In this document: positions 47,523 to 57,533 of the stretch, piece after piece
Numbering within the stretch: the first letter of the stretch is position 1
Layout: every line of letters begins with the position of its first letter
NCBI GenBank assembly: GCA_964600365.1
Contig: CAZRJG010000001.1
Location: forward strand, 35,435-99,434
Origin: an uncultured Acidimicrobiia bacterium
Lineage (GTDB): Bacteria > Actinomycetota > Acidimicrobiia > Spongiisociales > JAENVV01
DNA: 64,000 nt
Direction of reading: 5' to 3'
Position numbers and translations under genes: made by a program
Notes under the pieces: generated by a model
The model's database searches: none
What the model was told of the DNA's origin: nothing
Seen by the model: the letters and a program-made list of their open reading frames with translations, nothing else

Positions 47523-48713
47523 ATGACGTCCGACTCCCACGACAACTCGTCGCGGACATCGATCTTCATCGGCGTCGGGCTGCTCCTCCTCACCGTGGCA
47601 GCGTTCTTCCGCCCTCCCCTCCTGCCGGAGATCGGACGAGAGCTCGACATCTCGCCGCTCGGACTCGGACTCCTCGGCTCGATCTTCGCCTTCGGGCGCA
47701 CCGCCGCCGACTTCCCCGCGGGCCGCCTCTCCGACCGCATCTCCGTCGGCAAGATGATGTTCCTCGGAGCGACGGCCATCGCCTTCGGCTCGGTGATGCT
47801 CGCCCTCGCGCCGAGTGACCTCGTCGCCTACGGCTCGATGCTCCTGCTCGGCGTCGGATCCACCTTTGCGCTCACCACCGCCATGGCGCACTTCGCCCGA
47901 GCGCCCAAGGCGAGGCGCGGTACGGCCCTGTCGGCGTTCGCTGCCTGGCTGCTCGCCGGGCAATCCCTCGGCCCCACCTTCGGCGGCCTGCTGGCAACGG
48001 GGGGCGGCTGGCGACTCGCCATGTGGGTGGCAGCGGGCCTTGCCGGCGTGATGGGCATCGCCTTCCTCTGGCTCCGCACTCCACCCCCCGAACCGGGGGA
48101 AGCAGGACACCACGGCGATACGCCTCCACTGAACGTCTCACGTGGCCTCCTCGGCCTCATCTACCTCCTGCCTGCGGTGCAATTCGCCATCGGGGGCGCG
48201 CTCCTCCAGACACTCGTGCCAATCGTTGCCGACGGCGAGCTCGGGATCGGACCGGCAACGGTCGGCATCGCCCTCGGGGTCGGCGGCGGGATCCGGTTCG
48301 TCTCGGCGCTCGCCTCGGGCCGGATCTCCGACCGGGTCTCCCGTCGGTGGGCGCTCGTGCCCTCCCAGGTGGTCCAGGCCCTCGGTGTCGTGGTGTTCAT
48401 GGTGTGGGCCACACCATCCACCTGGTTCGCGTCGATCGTCCTCCTCACGCTCGGCTCCACGGGCGTGAGCATCGGAGCGACCGTGCTGGGCGACCTCTCG
48501 GAGGGCCAGGCCATGGGGGGACGCCTCGGCGCGTTCCGTTTCACCGGGGATGCCGCTTTCATGGTGGCGCCCCTGCTGTGCGGCTGGCTCTACGAGATCT
48601 CTGGGCGGGTCGCCGCAACTGCGCCGATGGCGGCGTTCGCCGTCATCGTGACGATCGGCATCGCCCTGTTCGTCCCGGAGACGGGCCGTCGGGCCCGTCC
48701 TGCCGCGAGCTAG
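47523..48713 (+). CDS. MFS transporter
   Basis: 396 aa. Twelve TM helices. Confidence 0.8.
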   Translation: MTSDSHDNSSRTSIFIGVGLLLLTVAAFFRPPLLPEIGRELDISPLGLGLLGSIFAFGRTAADFPAGRLSDRISVGKMMFLGATAIAFGSVMLALAPSDLVAYGSMLLLGVGSTFALTTAMAHFARAPKARRGTALSAFAAWLLAGQSLGPTFGGLLATGGGWRLAMWVAAGLAGVMGIAFLWLRTPPPEPGEAGHHGDTPPLNVSRGLLGLIYLLPAVQFAIGGALLQTLVPIVADGELGIGPATVGIALGVGGGIRFVSALASGRISDRVSRRWALVPSQVVQALGVVVFMVWATPSTWFASIVLLTLGSTGVSIGATVLGDLSEGQAMGGRLGAFRFTGDAAFMVAPLLCGWLYEISGRVAATAPMAAFAVIVTIGIALFVPETGRRARPAAS

Positions 48714-49537
48714 ACCACTGGGTTCGAGATCGTGCCGATCTCCGCGACGGTACTCTCGAGCAGGTCACCGGGATGGAGGAACTCCGGGGGCATCCGCGAC
48801 TGTCCCACGCCCTCGGGCGTCCCCGAGAGGAACAGGTCGCCCGGGTAGAGGGTCGTGCCCGCCGAGAGCTCCACGAGAAGCGTGGCAATGTCGAAGATCA
48901 TGTGCCTGGTGTTCGACGACTGTTTGACTTCGCCGTTCACCGAGCAGGTGAGGTCGAGGTCCTGCGGGTCCTCGATCGCCCGGGCATCGACGAGCCACGG
49001 GCCGATCGGGCACGTGCCGTCCAGGCTCTTGCCCTTGAACCACTGGCCGCCGCGCTGCAGCTGCACCTCCCGGGCGCTGATGTCCTGGGCGACCACGTAG
49101 CCGGCGACCGCATCGAGGGCATTCGCCGGGGTGAGGTCTCGCACCTCCCGCCCGATCACGACCCCGAGCTCAACCTCCCAGTCCAGTCTCTCGGTGGTGC
49201 CGAGATGCGAGGGGATCGGATCGAACGGGCCAATGACCGATCCGGTCATCTTCGAGAAGAAGTTCGGGTGGGACGGCAACTCGCGATCCCCGTGGATCGC
49301 CGTCCCCTCCTCGAAGTGGGGCAGGTAGTTCCACCCGACGCAGAGCACGTTCCGCACGGGCTCGAGGGGGGCGAGCAGGCGAACGGCCTCGAGTGGGATC
49401 GGCGCACCGGTCTCCCGGGCCCCATCGAGGACCGCAGCGAGCGGTGACGGGGCGTCCGTGGGGACCAGCGTGTCACCGTCGACTCGCCCCGTGCCGATGG
49501 TCCGGTTGTGTTCGTACTTCGCCCAGCGCATGTTCAC
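48710..49537 (-). CDS. fumarylacetoacetate hydrolase (FAH) family protein
   Basis: GTG 49537. FAH-fold motifs (EVELGVVIG, GDLFLSGTPEGVG). Confidence 0.8.
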   Translation of the reverse strand: MNMRWAKYEHNRTIGTGRVDGDTLVPTDAPSPLAAVLDGARETGAPIPLEAVRLLAPLEPVRNVLCVGWNYLPHFEEGTAIHGDRELPSHPNFFSKMTGSVIGPFDPIPSHLGTTERLDWEVELGVVIGREVRDLTPANALDAVAGYVVAQDISAREVQLQRGGQWFKGKSLDGTCPIGPWLVDARAIEDPQDLDLTCSVNGEVKQSSNTRHMIFDIATLLVELSAGTTLYPGDLFLSGTPEGVGQSRMPPEFLHPGDLLESTVAEIGTISNPVV

Positions 49538-50718
49538 TCCTCAGACTGCAACCGATTGTAGGCGGCGGATGGATGGCGGCGGTCCACGAGGAAGATCCCC
49601 GATCGGGGCTTGGGGGCGAAGAACGTGGACTTGGGGGGCATCACCCCTCCGTGATCGGAGATCGAGAACATCGCCTGGAGCGAGGGGGGATGGAGGAGGA
49701 AGCCCGTGCCCCCGAGGACCTCCACCCGATCGCACACGGTCGATGCACCGGTGGTTCCCGGCAGCGACTCGAGCCGATCGTCGGTCCGCGTGTCCCGGAT
49801 CCCGAGGAGCGGGCCGAGGATCGTTCGCTCGAGGGCGGCGACATCCAACTCATCGGCGGATCCTCCGAGTCCTACGCGCCGCCAGCCATTCCCGGTCACG
49901 ACCACGGTCTCGCCCGCCACTGGCGAGGGCGGCGGCCCGTCCTCCCATGACCCTCCATCGGCGGGCCATGCCACATCGACCCAGCGATGGAACGGACGCA
50001 CGATGAGTTCATCGGCCGGCACCGCGGCAACGAGGACCCGCCCCGCAGGATCCTCCCGGCTGGCGCCCACCTCATGGGCATGCCGACGCGCCGAGGCCAT
50101 GCGGTGGTGCCCGTCGATCACATAGGCAACCGGAACCTCGTCGAAGGCGTCGGAGACCTCTGGAACGAAGGCCGGCGGCACCCTCCAGATGACATGGCGC
50201 TCCTCCTGCAACAGGAGGTCGAGCACCGGGTCGCCCCTCGTCACGCCCGACACGGCAGCCCGGAGTCGTTCCGACCCCCGGTGGGTGACGCTGACCGGGT
50301 TGGAAGTCATCCCCACCTCGGCGAGGTACGAAGCGAGCGACGCCTCACGGTCGGGCATCGTTCGTTCGTGGGGGCGGACGAACCCCGGGTAGTCGTCGAC
50401 GTGGATGTCCGCCACGAGGGCGGTCTGCTCGTGCCCGCCGTCGGAGATCCGGTAGACGAAGATCCCCTCCTCCACCGGGCCGAACGCCCCCTCGTCGATG
50501 CGGTCCTCGAGGTACTCGGCCGCGGCGCGCCGGAGCGCTTCCGGTTCTGCCCGGGGGTCATCGGACGGGTCGGGCGTTGCGTGGAGGAAGGAGAGCGGGC
50601 GATCGATCGCCGTCGCACGCCGAGCGGCGTCCTCCACCGAACCCTCCGGGGGGCCCACGACCTCACTCGCATGGGTGGGCGCGACGAGTCGCACACGGAC
50701 GGGATGGAGGCGTCCCAC
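49534..50718 (-). CDS. DUF1015 family protein
   Basis: 394 aa. AYVIDGHHR motif typical of DUF1015. 4-nt overlap with the FAH start. Confidence 0.6.
   Translation of the reverse strand: MGRLHPVRVRLVAPTHASEVVGPPEGSVEDAARRATAIDRPLSFLHATPDPSDDPRAEPEALRRAAAEYLEDRIDEGAFGPVEEGIFVYRISDGGHEQTALVADIHVDDYPGFVRPHERTMPDREASLASYLAEVGMTSNPVSVTHRGSERLRAAVSGVTRGDPVLDLLLQEERHVIWRVPPAFVPEVSDAFDEVPVAYVIDGHHRMASARRHAHEVGASREDPAGRVLVAAVPADELIVRPFHRWVDVAWPADGGSWEDGPPPSPVAGETVVVTGNGWRRVGLGGSADELDVAALERTILGPLLGIRDTRTDDRLESLPGTTGASTVCDRVEVLGGTGFLLHPPSLQAMFSISDHGGVMPPKSTFFAPKPRSGIFLVDRRHPSAAYNRLQSEE
49547..49560. promoter_or_regulatory. LacI-family operator-like site (TGCAACCGATTGTA) inside the 3' end of the DUF1015 gene
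   Basis: 10 nt upstream of the FAH GTG. Confidence 0.4.
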
Positions 50719-50840
50719 CTCAGGGGGTCTCGGTCATGGGGAGCACCGACCCAGTATTGCGTTCCCCACGGGCTGCCCCACGTCCTCGGTATGCTCACCC
50801 CTCGTCCCTCGGGGCTCAGCAGGCGAAAACGGAGCGCACA

Positions 50841-51902
50841 GTGCGATCGATCATCAGCGGCACGGGGATCGCACTCCCAACCACGGTCGTCACGAACGAT
50901 GACCTCACGAAGGTCATGGACACCGACCCGGAGTGGATCTCGTCGCGGACCGGCGTGCTCGAGCGGCGGATCGCCTCCCCCGGACAGACCTCCTCCTCAC
51001 TGGGCGCAGAGGCGGGGACGGCCGCCCTCGTCGACGCCGGCGTGGACACCGCCGACGTCGACGCCCTCATCGTCGCCACGATGACCCCCGACTTCTACGC
51101 CCCCGGCCCCGCGCCCCTCGTGCAGCACGCGATGGGCCTCGAGCGTTCGATCCCTGCATTCTGCATTCGCCAGCAGTGTTCGGGCTTCCTCTACGGACTC
51201 GAGATGGGCGACGCCCTCATCGGCTCCGGGAAGGCCAAGAACGTGCTGGTGATCGGTGCAGAGGTGCACGCCGGAGTGCAGCCGTGGATCACCGCGTGGG
51301 ACCGCCTCCAGGACGAGGGCATCCCGCCAACGCCCGAGGAGTGGGATCTCGCCACCCGGAACCGCGCATGGGCTGTCCTGTTCGGGGATGGCGCCGGTGC
51401 AGTCCTGCTGCAGGCCACCGACCGAGACGACGTCGGCATCCTCGCAACCCGGCTGTTCACCGACGGGGAGCATTTCGGCCTCATCCACATCCCCGCCCTC
51501 GGATCGGCGTCACGACCCTTCATCGACCCCGGTCAGATCGACCGCGAGGAACACATCCCGCTCATGCAGGGCCCCCTCCTCTACCGCCAGGCGGTGCGGC
51601 TCATGCCCGAAGCCCTCCACACGGTCCTCGAGGAGACCGGCCACGGCGTGGAGGACGTGGACCTCGTGGTCGCCCACCAGGCGAACGAGCGGATCCTCGA
51701 CGGAGTGCGCAAGCGCATGGGCGTCGATGCCACGGTCGTCCCCCAGAACCTCCAGCACTACGGCAACACCACGGCCGGCACGCTCCCGATCCTCTTCCAC
51801 GAGTTGCGCACGCAGGGTCGCGTCGAGTCGGGAATGCTCATCGGCTTCGTCGCCTTCGGCGCCGGCGCCCACTGGGGCGCGAGCCTGTACCGAGTCCCCT
51901 GA
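50841..51902 (+). CDS. 3-oxoacyl-ACP synthase III (FabH-like KAS III) family protein
   Basis: GTG 50841 after an AACGGAG Shine-Dalgarno sequence. Cys-His-Asn triad contexts IRQQCSGF, VAHQANERI, GNTTAGT. Confidence 0.8.
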   Translation: MRSIISGTGIALPTTVVTNDDLTKVMDTDPEWISSRTGVLERRIASPGQTSSSLGAEAGTAALVDAGVDTADVDALIVATMTPDFYAPGPAPLVQHAMGLERSIPAFCIRQQCSGFLYGLEMGDALIGSGKAKNVLVIGAEVHAGVQPWITAWDRLQDEGIPPTPEEWDLATRNRAWAVLFGDGAGAVLLQATDRDDVGILATRLFTDGEHFGLIHIPALGSASRPFIDPGQIDREEHIPLMQGPLLYRQAVRLMPEALHTVLEETGHGVEDVDLVVAHQANERILDGVRKRMGVDATVVPQNLQHYGNTTAGTLPILFHELRTQGRVESGMLIGFVAFGAGAHWGASLYRVP

Positions 51903-51961
51903 CGTCTATCGCCCCACGCCTGCGGGGAAGGGTGCCGCCGCCGAAGACGCGGACGGAGGGG

Positions 51962-53083
51962 CTACCGCCCGATCGACTCGTCGATGAAGTCGTTCGTCAC
52001 GACGTCCTCGGCGGTGAGGCCCTCGGGGATCTCGAGGCCGACTTCGCGGCCGAGGCCGATGACCTCCTCGACGCGATCGAGGTCGAAGTCACCAAGGGTG
52101 TCGTTCGGGCCGTTCGCGATGACATCGAGCTCCTCCATCACCCGGATCGTGTTCTCGATACCGGCCTCGGAGAGCACCCAGAAGCTGTCGAGGTCGATCA
52201 CGGCCTGGAGGATGGCTGCGTTCGTCGGGTCCGGGTCCGCCATGAAATCGACCGATGCCTGCTGGAGGATCGGCACGAGGGCGCCGAGGCAGGATCGCAC
52301 CGTCTCGTCCTCGAGCTTGTCGGCCCGGATGGCGAGTGCCTGGGAGTAGATCTCCCACCCTGAGTCCTGGATGAGCAGGTAGTCGACCGGCCGGCCCCAG
52401 TCCTCGAAATCGTTCTCATAGTTGTACGGCTCCTGCGTGGCGAACCCCTGCTGTGCGATGGCACCGTTCTCGGCGATGAAGCGGGCCGGGGAGCCGTCGT
52501 ATGAGGGGTCGATCTGCTCGGCATCGACGAGGCCGGTGGCGATGAGGTAGTCGGTGTAGTACGCCCCGGCGAAGGTGTTGATGATTGCGCCACTCTCCCG
52601 CACATCGTCCCACGACTCCCAGTCGTAGGTCTCAGGGTCGAACATGACGATCTGGGGGTTGCTCTCGATGGTGGCGAGGACCGCAACGGTGGGCTGCGAG
52701 TTGGCGAGGGTGATCTGGGAGTCCGTGTTCACGAAGCCCAGCAGGATCTCGTCATCCGAATAGAGCAGCGAGCTCCCGGGCTGGAACCCCACGAACGGGC
52801 CACCGGATCGGATCTCGACCTGCCGCGGCACGTCCCCGTAGGCGAGCGCGCCGGTGAATGCGCCGGTCTCAGGATTGATCGAACCCTCCCCCGCGGTCAG
52901 TTGGTACACGCCGCCGTACTCGGGCTCCGGGAACCAGTCCGTAGTGATCACGATCGGGTCGGGGCAGGCAGCGAGGTCGGCTTCGCCGGTCCCCACGGGT
53001 CCGTCATCGGTGGGGTCACCACCGGAGCAGGCGGCGAGGACGAGGGCGAGCAACAGGGCAAGCAGGGGCGTGCGGGACATCAA
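51962..53083 (-). CDS. ABC transporter substrate-binding lipoprotein (NitT/TauT-like)
   Basis: Signal peptide plus lipobox LAAC. Periplasmic-binding-protein fold. Confidence 0.75.
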   Translation of the reverse strand: MMSRTPLLALLLALVLAACSGGDPTDDGPVGTGEADLAACPDPIVITTDWFPEPEYGGVYQLTAGEGSINPETGAFTGALAYGDVPRQVEIRSGGPFVGFQPGSSLLYSDDEILLGFVNTDSQITLANSQPTVAVLATIESNPQIVMFDPETYDWESWDDVRESGAIINTFAGAYYTDYLIATGLVDAEQIDPSYDGSPARFIAENGAIAQQGFATQEPYNYENDFEDWGRPVDYLLIQDSGWEIYSQALAIRADKLEDETVRSCLGALVPILQQASVDFMADPDPTNAAILQAVIDLDSFWVLSEAGIENTIRVMEELDVIANGPNDTLGDFDLDRVEEVIGLGREVGLEIPEGLTAEDVVTNDFIDESIGR

Positions 53084-53123
53084 TGGCTCCGATGGGGGAT
53101 CGCGGCGGAACTGTAGCCCCGGC

Positions 53124-53954
53124 TCACTTCGAACCGGTTTCGTGCCAATGGCCCGTCAGCCGGGTGCGCGCCCACCCGAAGGAGACGAAGACGGCGATGC
53201 CCAGCAGTGTGCTGAATACGAGCGCTCCGAACAGTTCCTCCGGACGCAGTCGGGCGGCGTACAGGTTGATGAGGTTGCCGAGCCCGCGCTCCCCGCGACC
53301 GAAGAAGAAGTCGCCCACGATCGCCCCGATCACCGAGAGGCCCGCCGAGATCTGGAAGCCGGTGAACATCGCCGGCAGGGACGCAGGCAGCTGCAGCTTG
53401 AGCAGCCGCGCCCACCTGGACCGCGTGTGGAGCGTGAAGAGGTCATGGAGGCCGTCCTCGGCCGACTTCAGCCCGAACAGTGTGTTCGTGATGATGGGGA
53501 ACAGGGAGATGATCACGACCACGGTGAGGCGAGCCCCGAACCCGAAACCGAACCACAGCCCTATGAGCGGCACCAGGGCGAGGATCGGGACCGTCTGCAG
53601 CAGCACCGCGTAGGGGTACCCGCTCACCTCGATCCACTTCGCCTGGCTCATTGCGACCGCGATCGCGACCCCGATCGCAATGGAGATGGCAAGGCCGCCG
53701 AGCGCGAGCCGGATGTCGAGCCAGAGCCCCGACAGGAGATCCGAGAGGTTCTCGGGATCGAGGAACGCAACGGCGACGACGTCGTGTGGATATGGCAAGA
53801 GCGTGCTCCGGAGTCGATCGGCGGCCGAGATCGGGTCGCCGAGTACCACGGGGAGGAACCGCCACGAGAGCAGATACCAGATACCGACGAATCCCGCGAA
53901 GACCGCGAGCGGCGGGCCCGCGAGCAGGAGGCCGACACGGGCCCTCTCACGCAT
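53124..53954 (-). CDS. ABC transporter permease
   Basis: ATG 53954 (overlaps the ATPase stop). Six TM helices. Confidence 0.8.
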   Translation of the reverse strand: MRERARVGLLLAGPPLAVFAGFVGIWYLLSWRFLPVVLGDPISAADRLRSTLLPYPHDVVAVAFLDPENLSDLLSGLWLDIRLALGGLAISIAIGVAIAVAMSQAKWIEVSGYPYAVLLQTVPILALVPLIGLWFGFGFGARLTVVVIISLFPIITNTLFGLKSAEDGLHDLFTLHTRSRWARLLKLQLPASLPAMFTGFQISAGLSVIGAIVGDFFFGRGERGLGNLINLYAARLRPEELFGALVFSTLLGIAVFVSFGWARTRLTGHWHETGSK

Positions 53955-54693
53955 AGGAGGACTCCAGGGCACGGGAGATCTCACCTGCGAGGGCGCCGTA
54001 CTCGGGGGTGTAACGCAACTCCTTGGCCCGTGGGAACCCGAATGGGACATCGAACTCGGCGATGATCCGACCGGGACGGGCCGACATGACGAGGACCCGG
54101 GTCGACATGAACACGGCCTCCGGGACCGAATGGGTGATGAACAGCCCGGCGAACCCCTGGTTCAAGAACAGGTCGAGCACCTCATCGTTGAGTCGCTCCC
54201 TCGTGATCTCGTCGAGAGCGCCGAACGGCTCGTCGAACAGCCACACCGTGGGGCGGAGCGTGAGCGATCGCGCGAGGCTCACGCGCATCCGCATCCCGCC
54301 CGAGAGGCGATTGGGGTGGTGGCGTTCGAAGCCCACCAGGTCCACGAGTTCAATCGCCTCACGGGCGCGACGAGACCGTTCCTCGGAGGGGAATCCGTGG
54401 AGCTCGGGGAGCAGCTCGACGTTCTTCTGAACGGTCCTCCAGGGCAGGAGCGTGGCATCCTGGAACACGTACCCGAGCTGGTCCCGATCCACGGTGACGG
54501 TGCCGGATGTCTCGGAAAGCAAGCCCGACGCGAGTCGGAGGAGCGTGGACTTCCCGCATCCCGATGGCCCCACCACGGTGACGAACTCCCCCGGCGACAC
54601 CGACAGGTCAACACCGGAGAGCGCCTCGGTCCCATCGGGGTACGTCATACCGGCGTCGTGGAAGGCGAGGGCGGGACCGGTGGAGGGCTTCAT
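53947..54693 (-). CDS. ABC transporter ATP-binding protein
   Basis: Walker A GPSGCGKST, signature LSGGMRMR, Walker B LFDEP. Confidence 0.85.
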   Translation of the reverse strand: MKPSTGPALAFHDAGMTYPDGTEALSGVDLSVSPGEFVTVVGPSGCGKSTLLRLASGLLSETSGTVTVDRDQLGYVFQDATLLPWRTVQKNVELLPELHGFPSEERSRRAREAIELVDLVGFERHHPNRLSGGMRMRVSLARSLTLRPTVWLFDEPFGALDEITRERLNDEVLDLFLNQGFAGLFITHSVPEAVFMSTRVLVMSARPGRIIAEFDVPFGFPRAKELRYTPEYGALAGEISRALESSYA

Positions 54694-54717
54694 CGTGGGG
54701 ACCGGGACCCTAGCCGG

Positions 54718-55326
54718 TCATCCGACGCGGACGAAGAAGCGCTCGACCTGGTCGGCGAACCGTGATCGCTGTTCCGCCCCGACCCGGTCGAGGCCGTACA
54801 TCGCGAGGAAGCGGGTCTTCGCCCCGTAGCGGCACAGCGATCGGAGTCCCTTGAGGAACATCGCCTTCCCGACCTCGCCTTCGAGGACGTTCACCCACTT
54901 GGGGGCTCCATGCGTGGTGACGACGGTGAGGCGGCGCACGGCGAGCAGTTTCGGGCGGATCGTCGTCGCCCCCTCGGGGAGGTCGTACGCGACGCCTTCC
55001 GCCCACACGCGGTCCACCCATCCTTTCAGGATCGCCGGGGGCCCGGACCACCACGTGGGGTACACCCACACGATGTGCTCGGCCCACCGAAGGGCGTCGA
55101 ACTGGTCGGCGAGCCACGGCTTCCGCTCCGGAGGAGCATGATGGAGGGCGCGTTCCTCGGCGCTGAGCACCGGATCGAATCCCATCTCGTGGAGGTCGAG
55201 CAGGCGGCACTCGGCACCCGCCCGCTCCAGACCCCGCAGGACCCGGTCGCGGAGGTGGGCAGTGAACGAGTTCGGATGCGGATGCGCGTACACGACGAGG
55301 GTCCTCACAGCGAGGCCACCCCGCAC
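54718..55326 (-). CDS. NAD(P)H dehydrogenase (quinone)-like flavodoxin-fold oxidoreductase, copy 1
   Basis: VVYAHPHPNSF...YPTWWSGPPAILKGWVDRV (Flavodoxin_2/NQO1-like). Confidence 0.75.
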   Translation of the reverse strand: MRGGLAVRTLVVYAHPHPNSFTAHLRDRVLRGLERAGAECRLLDLHEMGFDPVLSAEERALHHAPPERKPWLADQFDALRWAEHIVWVYPTWWSGPPAILKGWVDRVWAEGVAYDLPEGATTIRPKLLAVRRLTVVTTHGAPKWVNVLEGEVGKAMFLKGLRSLCRYGAKTRFLAMYGLDRVGAEQRSRFADQVERFFVRVG

Positions 55327-55898
55327 CGGACCCGCTCAAGGAACTCCACCCGCTCGGCGTCGCTCCTTCCGTCCATCCCGTAGAGCCCGAACCACTCCTT
55401 GCGCAGGGTGTGCGGGGCGTTGAGGCGGAGGGCCCGATGCAGCATCCGCCGTCCCCCGTCACCGAAGAACGCCGAGTACGCCCTCGACGCGCCGTATGTG
55501 GACACACCAGCGATGGCGCGGAGTTCGGTCAGGTTGGGGCGCACCCGACCACCCTCGAGGGTGAATGCGACGCCGGGCACGAATACCCGATCGAGCCACC
55601 CCTTGAGGATCGCCGGCGGCCCGAACCACCACGTCGGATAGACGAAGCAAAGGAGTGCGGCCTGCGACACGAGCGCGGCGTGTCTCCCAACGATGCCATC
55701 GAGGTCCGGAGCCCCGCTCGAGTACGCCTCCCACTCGCCGGCGCCCATCACCGGATCGAAGCCGAGTCGGTGGAGGTCGAGCGCTGCGACGTGATACCTG
55801 CTGTCGAGTCCGGCTACTGCGGCGTCGAACAACGCCATCGAGTAGGAATCTGGATCCGGGTGGGCGCCGACGACAACAGCGCGGGGCCGATCCCCCAC
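55305..55898 (-). CDS. NAD(P)H dehydrogenase (quinone)-like flavodoxin-fold oxidoreductase, copy 2 (tandem paralog)
   Basis: VVVGAHPDPDSYS...YPTWWFGPPAILKGWLDRV. Start taken at GTG 55898. The long ORF extends to 55979. Confidence 0.65.
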   Translation of the reverse strand: MGDRPRAVVVGAHPDPDSYSMALFDAAVAGLDSRYHVAALDLHRLGFDPVMGAGEWEAYSSGAPDLDGIVGRHAALVSQAALLCFVYPTWWFGPPAILKGWLDRVFVPGVAFTLEGGRVRPNLTELRAIAGVSTYGASRAYSAFFGDGGRRMLHRALRLNAPHTLRKEWFGLYGMDGRSDAERVEFLERVRCGVASL

Positions 55899-56500
55899 TA
55901 CGGGGTCACCACCACGGTCGTCCCTACGTCGGCGAACCGGTACATCCGGATGGCGTCCGGGAGGGACTGACGCACACACCCACCACTGAGCGCCGTGCCC
56001 AACTCATCGAGGGTCTGGTAGGGGCTCCCATCACCGTGGATGGGGATGTCGTGGAACCCAATGTTCGTCTTGTCGGTGCGGGCAAACCGCACCATCCACC
56101 GCATCGTGGTGTTCGGATCGAGGAAGGAGCGCGTGATCGGCGACTTCGAAAAGACCGAGTAGGTGCCCGGATTCGGCCACCCCTTCCGCCCCGAAACGAG
56201 GTAGTTGGCGACGACAGACCCATCCTCGGTCACCAACCACACCATCTGGTCGTCGAGCGCATACACGACCCTCCTCCCCTCCCCCGAATCCTCCGGCAGC
56301 GGGGCGAGGAGTACGTCTTCGGCCGCCGCCCACAAGTAGCGATCGAAGGCCCGAAGCCCCCGGTCCCACGTCCACTCGAACCGCTGGACCGTGTCGGCGC
56401 CGGGGATCGACAGGCGGGGTGGTGCCCAGGCGGCCGCGCCAGCAGGCGCCGACCCGAGGAGGACGGCGAGCAAGACCCCGGACGCGAGGAAACGGCGCAC
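55898..56500 (-). CDS. secreted L,D-transpeptidase (YkuD domain)
   Basis: Signal peptide. Catalytic HGDG...SGGCVRQ motif. Confidence 0.8.
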   Translation of the reverse strand: MRRFLASGVLLAVLLGSAPAGAAAWAPPRLSIPGADTVQRFEWTWDRGLRAFDRYLWAAAEDVLLAPLPEDSGEGRRVVYALDDQMVWLVTEDGSVVANYLVSGRKGWPNPGTYSVFSKSPITRSFLDPNTTMRWMVRFARTDKTNIGFHDIPIHGDGSPYQTLDELGTALSGGCVRQSLPDAIRMYRFADVGTTVVVTP

Positions 56501-56530
56501 GACCGTCAGGCTACCGGGCCTGTTGGAGGA

Positions 56531-57523
56531 TCAACCGAACAGGCGTTGCGCGTTCCCCCCGACGATGGCGTCGACCGTGGCCTCGTCGAACCCGACGGAC
56601 TCGACGAAGGAGACCGGATCCTGGTCGCCCATCGGGAAGGGGTAGTCGGTCCCGAGCAACACCTTCTCGGCGCCGAAGTAGCGAACCAAGTAGTCGAGGG
56701 CGATCGGGGCATGGACCACGGTGTCCACGTAGAGCGCTTTGAGGTAGTCGCTCGGGGGCCTCGAGATGTGGCGCGCGGACTTGCCGGGGACCATCTTGTA
56801 CCCCTTGTCCATGCGCCCCGCCTGGTACGGGGCGAATCCCCCGCCGTGCACGACGCAGAGTGTGAGGTCGGGATACCGCTCGAAGACACCCGAGAAGATG
56901 AGACCGGCGAGGGCGATCGTCGACTCGGCGGGGCGCGCCACCATGTTGTCCATGAAGTAGCGATCGACGTCGACACCCGCGAGCGGTCGCATCGGGTGCA
57001 GGAGGATGAACGCACCGGTCTCCTCTGCCGCCTCCCACAGGGCATCGAGGCCTTCCACCTCGTCGAGGAAGTCTCCGTCGACGGTCGTCGCTATCTCGAG
57101 GCCCGACATGCCCAGTTCCGTCATCGCGTGGCCAAGTTCCTCCACCGCGATGTCCGGATGCTGGAGCGGGGCGGTCCCGAGGGCTCGGAACCGCTCCGGT
57201 GCCTTGGCCGCCTCCTCCGCGAGCGCCTCGTTGTGCGCACGGGTGTACTCCGACGCCACGGACCGGGAGAGTTCGTATCCGGTGAGGTCGATCCACCCGG
57301 CGAGCACCTGCACGTCGATCCCCATGCGGTCGATCTCCGACAACCTCCGGTCGACATCGGTGATGTCGTCGCGGAACGGCGCCGTCGTGACCTTGTCGGC
57401 GAACCTGGCGGCGGGACCCTTGGGCGTCTCGACCAGGTCGACGCCGACCTTGCCGCCGTGGGCCGAGAGCCACTCGCGGAACGAGGCCGGGATGCAGTGT
57501 GCGTGGACGTCGTAGGTGGGCAT
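56531..57523 (-). CDS. amidohydrolase_2 family protein (ACMSD/LigW decarboxylase or sugar-lactonase-like)
   Basis: HAHCIP N-terminal metal ligands. TIM-barrel hydrolase motifs. Confidence 0.8.
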   Translation of the reverse strand: MPTYDVHAHCIPASFREWLSAHGGKVGVDLVETPKGPAARFADKVTTAPFRDDITDVDRRLSEIDRMGIDVQVLAGWIDLTGYELSRSVASEYTRAHNEALAEEAAKAPERFRALGTAPLQHPDIAVEELGHAMTELGMSGLEIATTVDGDFLDEVEGLDALWEAAEETGAFILLHPMRPLAGVDVDRYFMDNMVARPAESTIALAGLIFSGVFERYPDLTLCVVHGGGFAPYQAGRMDKGYKMVPGKSARHISRPPSDYLKALYVDTVVHAPIALDYLVRYFGAEKVLLGTDYPFPMGDQDPVSFVESVGFDEATVDAIVGGNAQRLFG

Positions 57524-57533
57524 GGTGCTCCTG

